Of a DNA stretch of 64,000 nt, positions 23,101 through 35,639 are shown piece after piece. The DNA lies in assembly GCF_009834535.1 (NCBI RefSeq), contig NC_045696.1:74338001-74402000 (forward strand). The letters are read 5' to 3'. Both the position numbers and the translations under genes were made by a program. This stretch comes from Camelus ferus (Eukaryota). How positions within the stretch are numbered: position 1 is the stretch's first letter; each line of letters starts with the position of its first letter. The notes below the pieces were generated by a model. The model was not told the origin of the DNA. It made no database searches and saw only the letters and a program-made list of their open reading frames with translations.

Positions 23101-24954
23101 CCAAGACAGTAACTAAAGAAAATTTAAATGACAAAAATTATAAGATTATTAACAGTTCTAAAGGTAGCCATTTTATTTGTCTTCCCTCAAAGGAGTTTTG
23201 TGTTTTTCTTTATTTATGACCTTACTTAAGCTTTAAAAAAATTTTTTCATGAAGAAGAACAGCTTGAATGACATAAATTATGTTAATACATTAGATCTGG
23301 CCACTGGGGATTCATTTGGTTCACTAGAAACAACAAACATAAGAAACCAGTCCACGGTAAGATTATAGAATGTTTTTAACATCTATAACAGCAGTTTGTC
23401 ATAACTGACACCTTAAGAAAAACTCTAAAGTAGGTAATATTTGTCATGGGTACTTCTACTTCTCTAAAGGATCATTTTTACCTCCTGATGCCACCATTTT
23501 CTATCCTGTGTTATTTCTTTATCAACCTTTTGCTAACAGAAATATAATTAATACCAACACAACACACACACACACTATAGTAGTATTTGAATTTTTAGAG
23601 GGGAATCTTTGAAGATTAGGGGGTTCTTTGCAGGGGTTATGTCGTAAGATGAATGAGGTGATACTGACCGATGGATGGGTTGGTTGTGTTGCTCTGGTCA
23701 TGGGTAGCGGCTGCCCTCCCTTTCCATCTCCCCCAGCTCATACAGTACCTGCTCCTCCTCCTCGAAGTGTTCCTATCAGTGATAATCAGTATTAGTACTC
23801 CTTGGATGAATTTATTGTCTGAAACAGTATTAACTAAAACTCTATTAAAGGAAATTCATATACAGTGAAGTTAATGCTCAAAATTATGACAAGCTCCAGC
23901 AAGATTCCAGAGTGCTTTCTGATACATTACAAGCAAATCATGCTTGGTGTGAGAGTAACATTGAGCTTCTAACACTTAAAAATTATAATACTTATGGTAT
24001 AATATTGCTGAATATCTGATTAACCTGAAAATCTCATTTCCCAGCTATACTGGCCAACAGTTTACATTACAGGCTTACTGTAAGAAACACAATATGTTCT
24101 TCCTAGATTTTGTTTATGGTTTATAAACATTCTTCCTAAAAACATGTGTTTGAAAGAAAAAATTCTAGCATACAAATATTTGACTCTAAAACATTTTTAA
24201 AGTAAAGAATAATAAAAGGTTAAAAAAGAACTTGTTAATTTTAAAATCCTGAATCTCTAGTATTACCACTGCCAACCTAGGAAACATTAAGATGTGATGC
24301 ACCATGTAGTCAAAACATCTGGCAGGCTGCTTTTTCACACTTTTCATTGAGATCACATGTTGCCAACACAGGCATAAGCTAGAGCTGTTTAAAGTCTTTA
24401 TAGTCTAGAATTAACTTCTTGATACGTTTATAGAATAACTAGTGTGCATTTCCTACACTAAAAGTGAAGGCAAACTCCAAGCCTGATGTTTCCTTACGGG
24501 ACCTAAGTCCAATCTGAGTGTTTAGGGACATCTAAACACGATGTCCTTTCAACTATACCGATAAAGAAAATGGGGTTGCCAAGTTTCTGAAATATGAAAC
24601 CTTATTATAATTCAGAATTTGTAGAAGGAAAAAATCATCTTGAACTATAGCATGGATCAGAGACTAGGTGCTATGAATTGGGGGTTGCATTTCTTTCAAC
24701 GACCCTTTCCTTTATTTCCACTTCACCCATTTCTGCCCCTCCTCACCTATGCCATCCCCTTTACTAGGGATACCGAATGGAAGACTTTTTTCCCAGCCTG
24801 TTAAGAAATATTTGTGTATCTTGTATATTATTATACAGAATATAAATAGGAAAACAGTGAATACCCTATTGGTTAAATATCAAGGCCATTGCGGATTGTT
24901 CAGAGCCCAAAGTCTGATACAGCACACTGCCAATGCTGTCTTATAATGTCATTT

Positions 24955-25130
24955 ATAACTACTTTATTTGTGACAGAGGTGACACCTACATTGCAAAGGG
25001 AAACTGGTCTTTGTCAATTAATGATTCTTGGTCAGTTGGATATCCATATACTAAAAAAAAAAAGTGAGTCTTGACTTCTATTTTACATGTACATAAAAGT
25101 CCATCCCAAGTGGGTTAAAATAAGAGACTA
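24955..25130 (+). mobile_element. L1M ORF2-region fragment
   Basis: tgacagaggtgacacctacattgcaaagggaaactggtctttgtcaattaatgattcttggtcagttggatatccata resembles L1 ORF2 (…KGK.SLFNKW.W.NW.S). Confidence 0.65.
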
Positions 25131-25159
25131 TATCTATGGCCTTGTGGGTAGGCAGTGAA

Positions 25160-25970
25160 CATGTGAAAGTACATTTACCTGTAGCTGCTTTAATGTCCTT
25201 GTTTACTAATTATATTACCTGTGTCATTTTCTGGACTGTTTCTATTGATTGATTTTCATCCTCATTATGGGTTGTATTTTCCCACTTCTTTGTATGCCTG
25301 GTGCTTTTTGATTGGATGCCAGACATTGTGAATTTTACATTGTTGGGTCCTGGATTTTTTTTTTTTTCATCCCTTTTTTTTAAGCTTTGTGCTTGGACAC
25401 AATTAAGATACTTGGAAACAGCCTGATTGTTTCAAGGTTTGCTTTTAAGAGTTCTTATGGGGTACCAGAAGCTACCAAAATATTTTGGTCTAGGGCTAAT
25501 TTGTCCTCTCTACTGAGGTAATATCCTTCTGAGTACTTTACCTGATGTCCCACTTACTAGGAGGTTTCTTGGCTTGGCTTTGGGATTGTAAAGTCTTTAT
25601 AGCCCTACTTGAGCTCTGAGAATTGCTCTGCCTGCTCCTTTCTGATAGTTTCCTCACAAACACGATCAGAACTCAGTGGAAAACTAGAGGGGGGAGCCTT
25701 TGCGTGTCTCTAGAGGTCTCACTTTGTGCAGACCTCTCTCTAGAACTCTGCCTTGTGTATTCTCACACCTTGGCCTCCTCAAATCCTCCACTCTGTCTCC
25801 TCAACTCAGGGAAAATACCAAACTCTTTTGTGGTTCTCACTTCTTGCATTATGTGCTAGGAACTCTTTCCCAGCAGTAAGCTAGGCAATTGTAGGGTTCA
25901 CCTTTTTTGTTTCCCTTCTCTCAGGGATCCTGTGAGGCCTTTTCTTCCAGTGTTTAAAAATCATTGTTTT
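25160..25970 (-). mobile_element. Ancient L1M 5'/ORF1-region fragment
   Basis: cttctttgtatgcctggtgctttttgattggatgccagacattgtgaattttacattgttggg and tctctgcctccc-like motifs are typical of antisense old L1M 5' ends. Confidence 0.7.
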
Positions 25971-25984
25971 GTATGTTTTGTCAT

Positions 25985-26950
25985 TTTTTCCCAATTTTAC
26001 TGAGAAATAATTGACATACGTCACTGCATAAGTTTAAAGCGTACAGCATGATGGTTTGATTTACATATATGATGAAAGTACCACAATAGGTTCAGCTACG
26101 ATTCATCTCTTTATGTAGACACAATGAAAAAAGAAAGAAAGAAGAAAGGAAAAAATTCCTTCCTTGTAGTGAAAGCTCTTAGGATTTACTCTAACAACTT
26201 TCCTGTCTGTCATACAGCAGTTTAGCTATACTCATCATGTTGTACGTTACATCCCTAGTACTTATTTATCTTATAACTAGAAGTGTGTGCCTTTTGACCA
26301 CCTTCTTCCAGTCCCCGCTCCCCACAACCTCTGCCTCTGGTAACCACAAATCTGATCTCTTTTTCTATGACTTTGCTTGTTTGTTCTTAGATTCCACATG
26401 TAAGTCGTATAATACAGTATTTGTTTTTCTCTGTCTGCCTTATTTCACTTAGCATAATGCCTTCAAAATCCATCCTTATTGTCACAAATGGTATAATTTC
26501 CTCATTTTTTATGGCTGAGTAATAATCCATTGTATACGTATATACTACAACTTCTTTATCCATTCATCCATCAGTAGATACTTCAGATATTTGCATGTCT
26601 TGGCTATTGTAAATAAAGCTGCTATGAATGTGGGTGTGCTGATATTTTTTCTGAGTTAATGTTTTTGTTTCCTTTGTATGTATTCCCAGAAGTGGAGTTG
26701 CTGGATCATATGATAGTTGTATTTTTAAATTTTTGAGGATCCTCCATATCATTTTCCCTGGTAGCTGTACCAATTGACAGTCCCACCAACAGTGCACAAA
26801 GTTTCCCTTTTCCCCACATCCACACCAGCATTTGTTATTTCTTGTTTTTTTCGGATGATGGCCATTCTAACAGGCATGAGGTGATTATCTCACTGTGGTT
26901 TTAATTTGCTTTTCCCTAATGACTAGTGATGCTGAGCATCTCTTCATGTA
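25985..26950 (-). mobile_element. Younger L1 (L1MA9-like lineage) 3' UTR and ORF2 end, runs into gap
   Basis: Minus-strand ORF 26564-26797 reads WRILKNLKIQLSYDPATPLLGIH (L1 ORF2p C-terminus). The 3' UTR is of the ttttactgagaaataattgacatac...ggtaaccacaaatctgatctc type. Confidence 0.92.
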
Positions 26951-27215
26951 NNNNNNNNNNNNNNNNNNNNNNNNNNNNNNNNNNNNNNNNNNNNNNNNNN
27001 NNNNNNNNNNNNNNNNNNNNNNNNNNNNNNNNNNNNNNNNNNNNNNNNNNNNNNNNNNNNNNNNNNNNNNNNNNNNNNNNNNNNNNNNNNNNNNNNNNNN
27101 NNNNNNNNNNNNNNNNNNNNNNNNNNNNNNNNNNNNNNNNNNNNNNNNNNNNNNNNNNNNNNNNNNNNNNNNNNNNNNNNNNNNNNNNNNNNNNNNNNNN
27201 NNNNNNNNNNNNNNN
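26951..27215. other. Assembly gap (265 N), probably L1 continuation
   Basis: Run of N abutting L1 sequence. Confidence 1.
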
Positions 27216-27789
27216 ATGCTTTAGGTGTCATATTTGTCATTTTTGACTGATCCTTATTAGTACTAATATATGACTTCTATTAAAACTGCATTAAGTAAAT
27301 GACCATTATTATTCTTCATGTGAGATTTCACTAAATTGATCATCTTTTAAAATTATTTTTAGACAATAACTGTTAAAAATCGCACAGATGAAAACTAATG
27401 AGCTCATTTAGATAGGAAAAGGCTCTTATCCACCATTTCATTCAAGAGAAGCACACAGAACCCTGTCAGCAGCTCTGAAATGGGCGAACCTGAGCGAAGT
27501 GGGAAAGTTTGCATTACAGGTGCGTTCGCAACTCTCCAAAGCCCCTGTTCATGCATCAATACCCCTGAAAAGGCAGACAAAGCCTCTAAGTGGGACTTGG
27601 TGTAGTGAAAACTTTTTTCCTCCAAACAGAATGCCATATGGTGGTCTATAAATCATGGAGATTCCAGGAGCAAATTGGTGCTGTTGGGATGCCAGATGCC
27701 AGAAATCTACCTAGGGAACCACAAAATTCCCACTCCCACATGCCCTCTTAAAAATTATACAGTTTTTAAAGCAACTGGTATGGTTGAGG

Positions 27790-28095
27790 AGTTCATCTCA
27801 TATGAGTAAGGATAGAAGGGACTGGGAATGTTTAGCCTGGAAAGTAAAGACTCAAGGAGACCATGATAACTTTATATAAATATTTGAAGGGTTATTATGT
27901 AGGAAGGGGATAGAATTATTCTGTACATCCTTGAGGGTTAAAACTGGTATCCTATCAGGGTGAGGTAAGAAGTTTTCTTGAGGCAATGACAAAAAGAAGG
28001 CCCTGGGTACAGTATCCAGTTCTCACTGTGGTGCAATGCCTGCTTAGAGATGGAAGAGGCCTAGAGTGAAGGGGGAGCTGAACATGAGCAGAGCA
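27790..28095 (+). mobile_element. CR1/L3 LINE 3' fragment
   Basis: gggactgggaatgtttagcctggaaagtaaagactcaaggagaccatgataactttatataaatatttgaaggg is close to the L3 motif gaactgggattgtttagcctggagaagagaagact...gacatgata...aaatatttgaagggct. Confidence 0.85.
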
Positions 28096-28469
28096 CATTG
28101 TTCCTGTGCACACAGACCTCTTATCCGGGACCATTACGCCAGTGGATGTAGTCGACTGAAGTAATGACCTAAAATAAGCAAAACCCAGCATAATCTGGGG
28201 GGACTATTCCCTGGTTACCTGAAAGTATATGAGTGAGTATCAGACAGAGCCATACGAGTACCATCATGCAAAGTGATCAAAAATAGTGAAAGATCAGAAA
28301 ATATGGAACGTCTTCAAGGAAATAAGGAAGACGAAAACAATTAAACATCATGAGAAGATGAAGGTGCTAGAGCTGCAGAACATCTTTTTACCACCTTTCA
28401 CATGGGTATTGACGGTAACATACATGCTTATACTGAATGGCATCCTCTGATCATGTGGGGATATTACAT

Positions 28470-28623
28470 CAGACTGGACAGGTGATTATATGCACATGGA
28501 AAAACCTGGGAGTTTGTTGGAAATACAGAATCTCAGGTCCCAATCCAAACCTAGTGTATCAGAAACTGAGTTTTCCAAGATACCCAGTGATTTATATGTG
28601 CATTAACATTTGAGAAGCACTGA
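28470..28623. mobile_element. MER5A/B hAT-Charlie MITE
   Basis: acctgggagtttgttggaaatacagaatctcaggtccca...tatcagaaact...ccagtgatttatatgtgcattaacatttgagaagcactg. Confidence 0.85.
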
Positions 28624-28877
28624 TCTGAAAACGTCTACGTGGGACCTGATCTACTGCACTGAGAACTTAGCAAAAAGCTTGATTCTTGAGTAGTTTTCTG
28701 ATATCACAGAAGCATGATGGGGTCCCTGACAGAAGAGCGGGCAAGAGGAACTCTCACAAGTATATTTGAATAAAATTTCTTCCTTACGCTGGTATCATTA
28801 CCTCTGCCCAATTGGCTGCTGTTTTTCCGTCTGCAGAAAGCACAGCAACATACTGTGTTCCATCTGAATAAAACAAA

Positions 28878-29075
28878 CCTTTAAATGTTTAGAGAACTAT
28901 TATGCCTTCATCCCATTAAATCTATTCTCCTCCAAGATAAACAGCCCAGTTCACTCAATCGTTTCTCATAATGACGTTTCTGATGTTTTAATGGCTCCGT
29001 GAAAGTACAGCCCTCTGAACAAGACACGCCACTCGAGATGTGATCAGACCATGCCAAGCACTGTGTTCTGATGTT
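28878..29075 (-). mobile_element. CR1/L3 LINE fragment, inverted relative to the 27790 copy
   Basis: Reverse complement TATGAGAAACGATTGAGTGAACTGGGCTGTTTATCTTGGAGGAG...AAACATTTAAAGG covers the same L3 segment as 27801-27890. Confidence 0.7.
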
Positions 29076-29214
29076 TCTATTCTCTGAATAACTTGGGAGT
29101 TATCTCACAGGTGTTAGGTTTTTATACCAGAATAATCTTGGATTCACATGTGCTCATTAGAATATTCTAAATTAACAGTTCTTTGTGTCTCCAACAGTTG
29201 TACTAATCTTCAGT

Positions 29215-29400
29215 TTTGAGGTCACAGAATCCTGAGTTTGAAGAACGCTTAAAAATTTGTTGTTCAGCCATCTCATTTCTCAGATGAGAAGACTGAGGTC
29301 CGGGAAAGTAAGACTTGCTCAGAAAGTCCCACATAGCTTAATTAGCAGAGCTAGTACTGGAATGAAAGTTGCCTTACCCTAGTGAGTTATTCCCATTACA
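29215..29400 (-). mobile_element. MIR (MIR3/MIRc-like)
   Basis: ctcatttctcagatgagaagactgaggtccgggaaagtaagacttgctc...gcagagctagtactggaa. Confidence 0.85.
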
Positions 29401-29774
29401 CTATTGTTCTTTATTTTGATGTTTATTACAATCAAAAATCTCAGTGAAAAGTAAACATTATAATAACCACTAAAGGTTTTCAAATAACCAAGTGTGTGGC
29501 ATTTAGTCACAAAAATTGATTTTTTTTCCTGCTTTTCAGTGTTAGTTTAACTATTTAATATTTTATATTTTCAGTTTTAGTAGTCATTTATCTGACTGAC
29601 AATGGAAGAAAGCCTAGTCTGTAAGTCTTACAGAATGAAGTGCCATGAAAAGTTGTATCTTTTTTTTTTCCTAAAGGATGTTCCTCACTGTCCCTCCTTG
29701 GGCTGACTAAATTGACCATTTGAGTGAACTGGTTTGATAGGTTCTTGGAACTAGTTGCCTAAGTTTACAAGTAA

Positions 29775-29860
29775 ATCAATCAGGAGTTCTTAGCTGTAAG
29801 CAACAGAAAACAACTCTGGCTTATTTAAGCATAAAGGGAATTTATTAAAAGTATATTTGG
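29775..29860. mobile_element. MLT1 LTR terminal fragment
   Basis: ttcttagctgtaagcaacagaaaacaactctggcttatttaagcataaagggaatttattaaaag. Confidence 0.7.
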
Positions 29861-29864
29861 ACAA

Positions 29865-30735
29865 TTATTATGCACAGAAGGAATGATAAAGATAGAAAAA
29901 TCACCATTTTGCAAACATCATAGTGAAATTTGATTCAAGTGAAGATGGTCAATGGATGCTAAATCTGAGGAAAGGGTCAGTTTGAGGAAAAACAGGATAT
30001 TTACATACCATCAAAATATCAAGCATATAAACTACAAACCAAAACAGAAAATAGTGCCTTTTCCATGAAGAAATTGGACAACACCCTAAGTAATCAAAAT
30101 CTACATCACCAGTATGGTGGTCAACTGGATGTCCACCTCTGGATGCAGTGCCCCAAGAAGGACAAACATCACTCATGTGATATTACTGCTGAGAATGCAC
30201 AACCTGAATCTAATCATGAGAAAATCTTGGACAAACTCAAAATGAGGGCTATTGTATAAAATAAACAGATTATGTTTTCCAGAAATGCTAATGTCAGGAA
30301 AAAACCAATGAAAAGAAGACTGAAGAGACATGACAACTAAATGCAATACATGATCCTGGACTGGGAAAGAAAATTGTCATAAAGCACACTGTTGGCATAA
30401 CTTAAACTTGAATACGGTCTGGAGATTAGATTAGTGTTAGTGTTATCTATGCTGAATCTGATAACTAAACCATGGCTATGGCAAGAGAATATCATTGTTC
30501 ACAGGAAATAAATGCTGTAATATGAAGGGGTAAAGGGGCACAGTGTATGTAACCTACTCCCAAGTGATCTGGAATAATGAAAATAATAGTACGTACGATA
30601 TAATTACATAGAGAGGAATGCAAATATAGCAGAGTGTTAAAAATTGATAAATCTGGAGAAGGGATATTATGGGAATCCATTGTATTATTCTTGCAATTTT
30701 TCTGTAGGCTTGAGACCATTTCAAAATAAAAAGTT
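29865..30735 (+). mobile_element. L1MC4-like 3' end
   Basis: aacctgaatctaatcatgagaaaa...gagacatgacaactaaatgcaatacatgatcctggactgg...ttcttgcaatttttctgtaggcttga...tttcaaaataaaaagtt. Confidence 0.88.
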
Positions 30736-31839
30736 GTCTAATGTTTTAAGAAAAGACATTATGGTACTCAAAGACTCCTAGAATGAGGTTCCGAATGGAG
30801 GAACCATGAAAACCCCATGTTTTTCAGCTGCTGTCCCCACTGCCAAGAATTCTCTACCATAACTGTTTCTGTGTGTCCCCAGATCTCAGTTCAAAGTGGG
30901 GCAAGTGTGGCTGGTTGGTGGCACCAAGTCAACACATCTGCAAAGTAGTTTGGGAAAGTGCATGTCTGCTTGCCTCCAAGAGTCCAGAAGTGGACAGTTT
31001 CCCAAATATGGAGTTTAGATTTGGAAAATTTAAAAAAATTAAAAAGCCAATGCCCACCATAACATGTTATAGATATTGCTTAAAAGAGACATCTCTCTTA
31101 TTTTGACTGAGCTACAGTCCAGTCAGCCTTAAGGGATAAGAGTTAAAAAAGAAAATAATGCTCTTTAAGCCTTGTGCATTTGGTATTTCCTGCCATTACA
31201 TGCAGGCCTGTAGGAGAATATAGTAATGCTAGAATATATCGGCTGATTAAATCATGTGGCAAAGAGGAGCAGAATGAGCCCTCCATCATTCATCAGTGTC
31301 CATCTACTGCTCAATTCTGTTCTTTTTGAGGAATTGGAAAGAGCCCTAAAAGAATTTAGTAATTAGGGGATTAAAATACATATCATGTACCTTCATGATA
31401 AGAACATTTTTTTCCCTCCATATGCAGGAATTTAATGTGCAAAACTGGGCCTATGAGTGTTTCATATTCATCCAAAGAATGATTATAATCAAGATGCCCT
31501 GTGCATTTGAGTCATTAATATTGATATGCAGTCTATTACATAAGTCCTTAGAAAGATTTATGTAAGACAAAAAGGAAGTGTTCTTTAAAAAAGTGTTCTT
31601 AAGCTTGGGGCAAAATTAAATTAAAATAGAATCTTTGAGATACAAAGGTCTTTAGAGTTCACATAGCACAACTTTATCATTTTACATATGAAGAAACTGA
31701 CGGCTAGGTCTTGATGGCTCAGACTTCTGGAGCTGATTGCTTTCCCAAAAATGAGGAAAAAAGAGGATGCTAAAAGGCTTTTGATGGCATGCATCAGACA
31801 TTGCTTAATGATCGCTCGCATTTGAAGAGGCTACAAAAA

Positions 31840-32010
31840 CATACTGGTTAAGAGCTTGTGCTCAGGATTGGACAGACCCAAGTTCAAATCCTGACTTTCA
31901 TCTGTGTGATCTCATTCGCATAGCTTATTCTCTCTAAACCTCACTTTCCCCATCTGTGGCAAGAAGATAACAAACATACCCATCTGTCGTGATGCCTTTG
32001 TAAGGATTAG
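31840..32010 (+). mobile_element. MIR
   Basis: tggttaagagc...gacccaagttcaaatcctgact...ctctctaaacctcactttccccatctgt. Confidence 0.85.
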
Positions 32011-32194
32011 CTCATGTTTCTGCAGAGCTGGCCAGGCATTTCATGTATGTTGTGTGTGGAAGGAGTTCACCACAGCAGCGCCTGTTACACTTGGTTGTTT
32101 ACAGTGGTAACAGATGCTTGATTTTCTCCTCTTATAGTTCTGGGTTTTTTTTTTTCCGTTTCCTCATCCCCAAACTCTTGCCTTCTGTACACTG

Positions 32195-32575
32195 AATGTC
32201 TACTCATCCTTTCAAATTCCACCCAAATGTCATTTCCTCAGTGAGTGCTGCTCTTTGCCCCCACCAGCACTCTCCCACCTCCCCCACACACAATGCAGAA
32301 TTAGGGATGTCTTCCTTAATGCTTCCTTAGCATCTTATATCCATCTCTAACACCATAATTAGCATATAGCTTTAATTATTTATTTTTATCAGTCTTCCCG
32401 ACTACTCATAAGCCCATCTGTGGCAATGACCACATATTCAATACACCTTTGTATCCCCAGAGACTAGTAGTGCTAGATGCACGCTGTTAATGTGGTATTT
32501 ATTGAATGAATGAATGAATGAATGGATGGATGAAAGAATGAATTGGTGAATGAATGGATAAGTGAAAGAATAAAT
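32195..32575 (+). mobile_element. L2 3' end with (TGAA)/(TGGA) tail
   Basis: ccttcaaattccacccaaatgtcatttcctcagtgag...ctttgtatccccagagactagtagtgc...ttattgaatgaatgaatgaatgaatggatgg. Confidence 0.88.
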
Positions 32576-32728
32576 GATTGAAATACACAGAAGAGCCCCT
32601 TACTGTCCTGAATAAGGACTCCAAAATGCAGTTGGTATTGACTTCCTGATTCTAAGACACACGGCCCCAGAATCCAGTTTATTCCCATGAGTTTCAGTAG
32701 TGAATACATATCAAGTGAAGTTTCCACA

Positions 32729-32860
32729 NNNNNNNNNNNNNNNNNNNNNNNNNNNNNNNNNNNNNNNNNNNNNNNNNNNNNNNNNNNNNNNNNNNNNNNN
32801 NNNNNNNNNNNNNNNNNNNNNNNNNNNNNNNNNNNNNNNNNNNNNNNNNNNNNNNNNNNN
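32729..32860. other. Assembly gap (132 N)
   Basis: Run of N. Confidence 1.
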
Positions 32861-33170
32861 CAGTCTGGGGATGCAGATTTAGAAATAGAATAGATTCTCC
32901 TAATGGTTTCTAACTGTACCTCTAACTGACCAAGGTCACTTGGAGTTAGAATCCATGCCTCTAAACTTCTAGACACCTCCTCGCCACCTCAGCTAGTTGT
33001 CAACAGTGATTTTGATAATAGTGCTAACACACACCCCTGAGACCGTTGAGACATAGCTGGAACTGAACATCATAGCTGGAACTGTCCTAGGAGGACATCA
33101 CTTGCTTACACCCAGTTGTAAGGATTGCTTACATCTCTAGCCCTGACCTTTCCAGATGCATGCACGCAAA

Positions 33171-33197
33171 ACACACACACACACACACACACACACA
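33171..33197. repeat. (AC)13 microsatellite
   Basis: Direct read. Confidence 0.97.
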
Positions 33198-35639
33198 TTT
33201 TTCCAAGAATCCAAGGGAGGAACTGCACTCATAATAGTCATCCAGGGGATGTGTCTGAATATGGAGATTTTCTTATTATGTCTCCCACAGTTACATAATA
33301 TAAATATGGGAGCCTGAGATATGGAGGAGTAAATCTTCCCATTCAGATACATAGTAAAAAGATTTAAAAGTCACAAGTCAAAGCTCTAATAGGAGAGGGG
33401 AAATAACTATGCCAGTGATATGTGCCATCTCTGGGCAACTTATAAAAAGGGACCCTCTCTGAATGGGCTGCATATGCAAAGACGCCCCTTTTCCCTGGAG
33501 GACACAACCCCAAACCCAGGCACACAATTTTGCAAGTGGAGTTAGAGGCTTGGATTTCACACCTGACTTGTGCTCCTGATCCAGATGACCTTGCACAACG
33601 CATATGTACAACCATATATATGTATGTGTGTATGTGTATAATGAAAGGTGAAGAAATGAGCTTTCTTTTACCAACGATATTCAAACATAGATTGGATGTG
33701 AGTTTGCTAGTCTCTGTGGAAGATGGTTGGCTTAGAAGATCACTGGCTTTCCTTCTAGCTCTAGGATTCTATTATGAGGCCCTTAATTAGTGATACAATC
33801 CATCTCTGAGGGTTTGGTCAGGGCAGATTTTTCCAGTTTACTACTAACCATATTATGGAAAATAAATTTAAAAGCTTTGCTAGCATCAAGATACTTGTTA
33901 CTGCTTATGAAACCAGAGATCAACCTGTCCTAATTCTTCAAGTGGTATGCACCTTGGGAGGATCCTGCTGTACTTGCAGCATTCTCCCCATTCTCCAAAT
34001 AACAACAGATACTTTTTGACAAAGCAATCCGCAGTATGGCAGAATTCTCAGCTGTGGTAGAATACTGATTATCTTGACTACAGTAGTCATTTTTTGTGAG
34101 AGCCTCATAAAAGTTAATCTTTAAAATGCTTCTCTGAGGTTGGCAAAGGATATAGATCCTTTATCTTTGTCATGCCGATAAGGAGAATTCAACTCACAGG
34201 GTTTGGCTGCCTCACCCAAACTTCTATATCAAATCACTTGGGGACTGGGGTCCACGATCTGGGTCTTCGGTTTTTACTCAATTGCTTGAGCCCACATAGC
34301 AAATTCAGTTCATGTCTCCATGCCAGTAACTCACCTATTACAAAATGACTCAACTATCAGGGGTCAAAAAGATTTTGCAAGTCTTCTGGAACGTTGCATG
34401 GCCTTAGAGGGTAGAAATTCTGGTGCATTCTTCCTAGCATTTCCACAAGACAGATGCTAAATCCATTCAGCTCTATCAAGTCTCTGAACTCAACATCTGT
34501 ATACATTAGTACCTTGAGACTACATTTGTCTGTAATGGGATGCACTCTTCTAGTGGAGTACAAACAGCTGTGAAACATCCATCTTTTTGTGCCAAAAGCC
34601 TCCCTAGAATCAGAAATGCCCAGGAAGCTGGGAAAATAGTAAGGCTATGGGAGGGAGTAACTCGAGCTCAGAATCCCAGTGTAGCATCACTCTGTGTTGC
34701 ACGTGTAGAAGCAAAATCTCAGGTTGTATGTATAAACTAAATCAAAATATGCCCCCCCAAATCTGTCACTTATCTAAATATTTCACTTGTATGTTTTATT
34801 TTGTACTTTGCTATTATAAAAAATTCAAAAATAGTATGGTGGTGAACCAAGTGATTTATGTTTTACTTTAATGCTTTAACCTCTATTAAACCTATCTTTA
34901 AAATACCTGGCTTTAGTATTGAAAAATTAGTTACTTCTTATTTGGGGGCCTCTCTTAATTTCTTCTGCTCTTAGAGATTCAGTTTTTGCAGGGAAAGAGA
35001 AAAATACCAGCTTTACTGAAAAAGAACTTCTAAATGGCAGGATCAAGATTAGTGGAAATATGCATAGATTTTACTAATCTCAATTGATATTAAAATATCT
35101 ACATAAAATGGAACCACTGTTCTCTAATTTCTTTTAATTAATTTAAAACTTCCCATTACTTTAGGAGTGGAAGCCCTAGAAATAACATTATAAAAATCAG
35201 AATGTAATAGTATTGGTCAACGAACTCAATATAAAATTCAAAGTACCAAAATAAAAATCATGTTTTCCATTATAGATGATTTTGTTAGAAATAATTTTTC
35301 AGAGTTCAACCTCTAACACGTTCATGTGATCATGTCCTGGTTTCAGAATCAATAAGATAAGAATGTAAATGTTCTATGTCATGTCAGGGAAGCATTAATC
35401 TAACTAATCTCCTAGTTAAGAGTTAAAGTATAAGTATTCTATACCTAACTTGTCAAAAATTATTGTTTTACCTGTGGCTTATACTGCACATGGTTCTGCC
35501 ATTTTTAATAAATGGTTATATAGATAGCTGGTCTGTTGGCAGGCAAAGAAATGGTAAAGTAACTAAATTGAAAACATAGTAAATCTGGCATCTATGCCCA
35601 GCCTAAATATCTACAAACCAGTATTTTCTTCCCTGTTAA

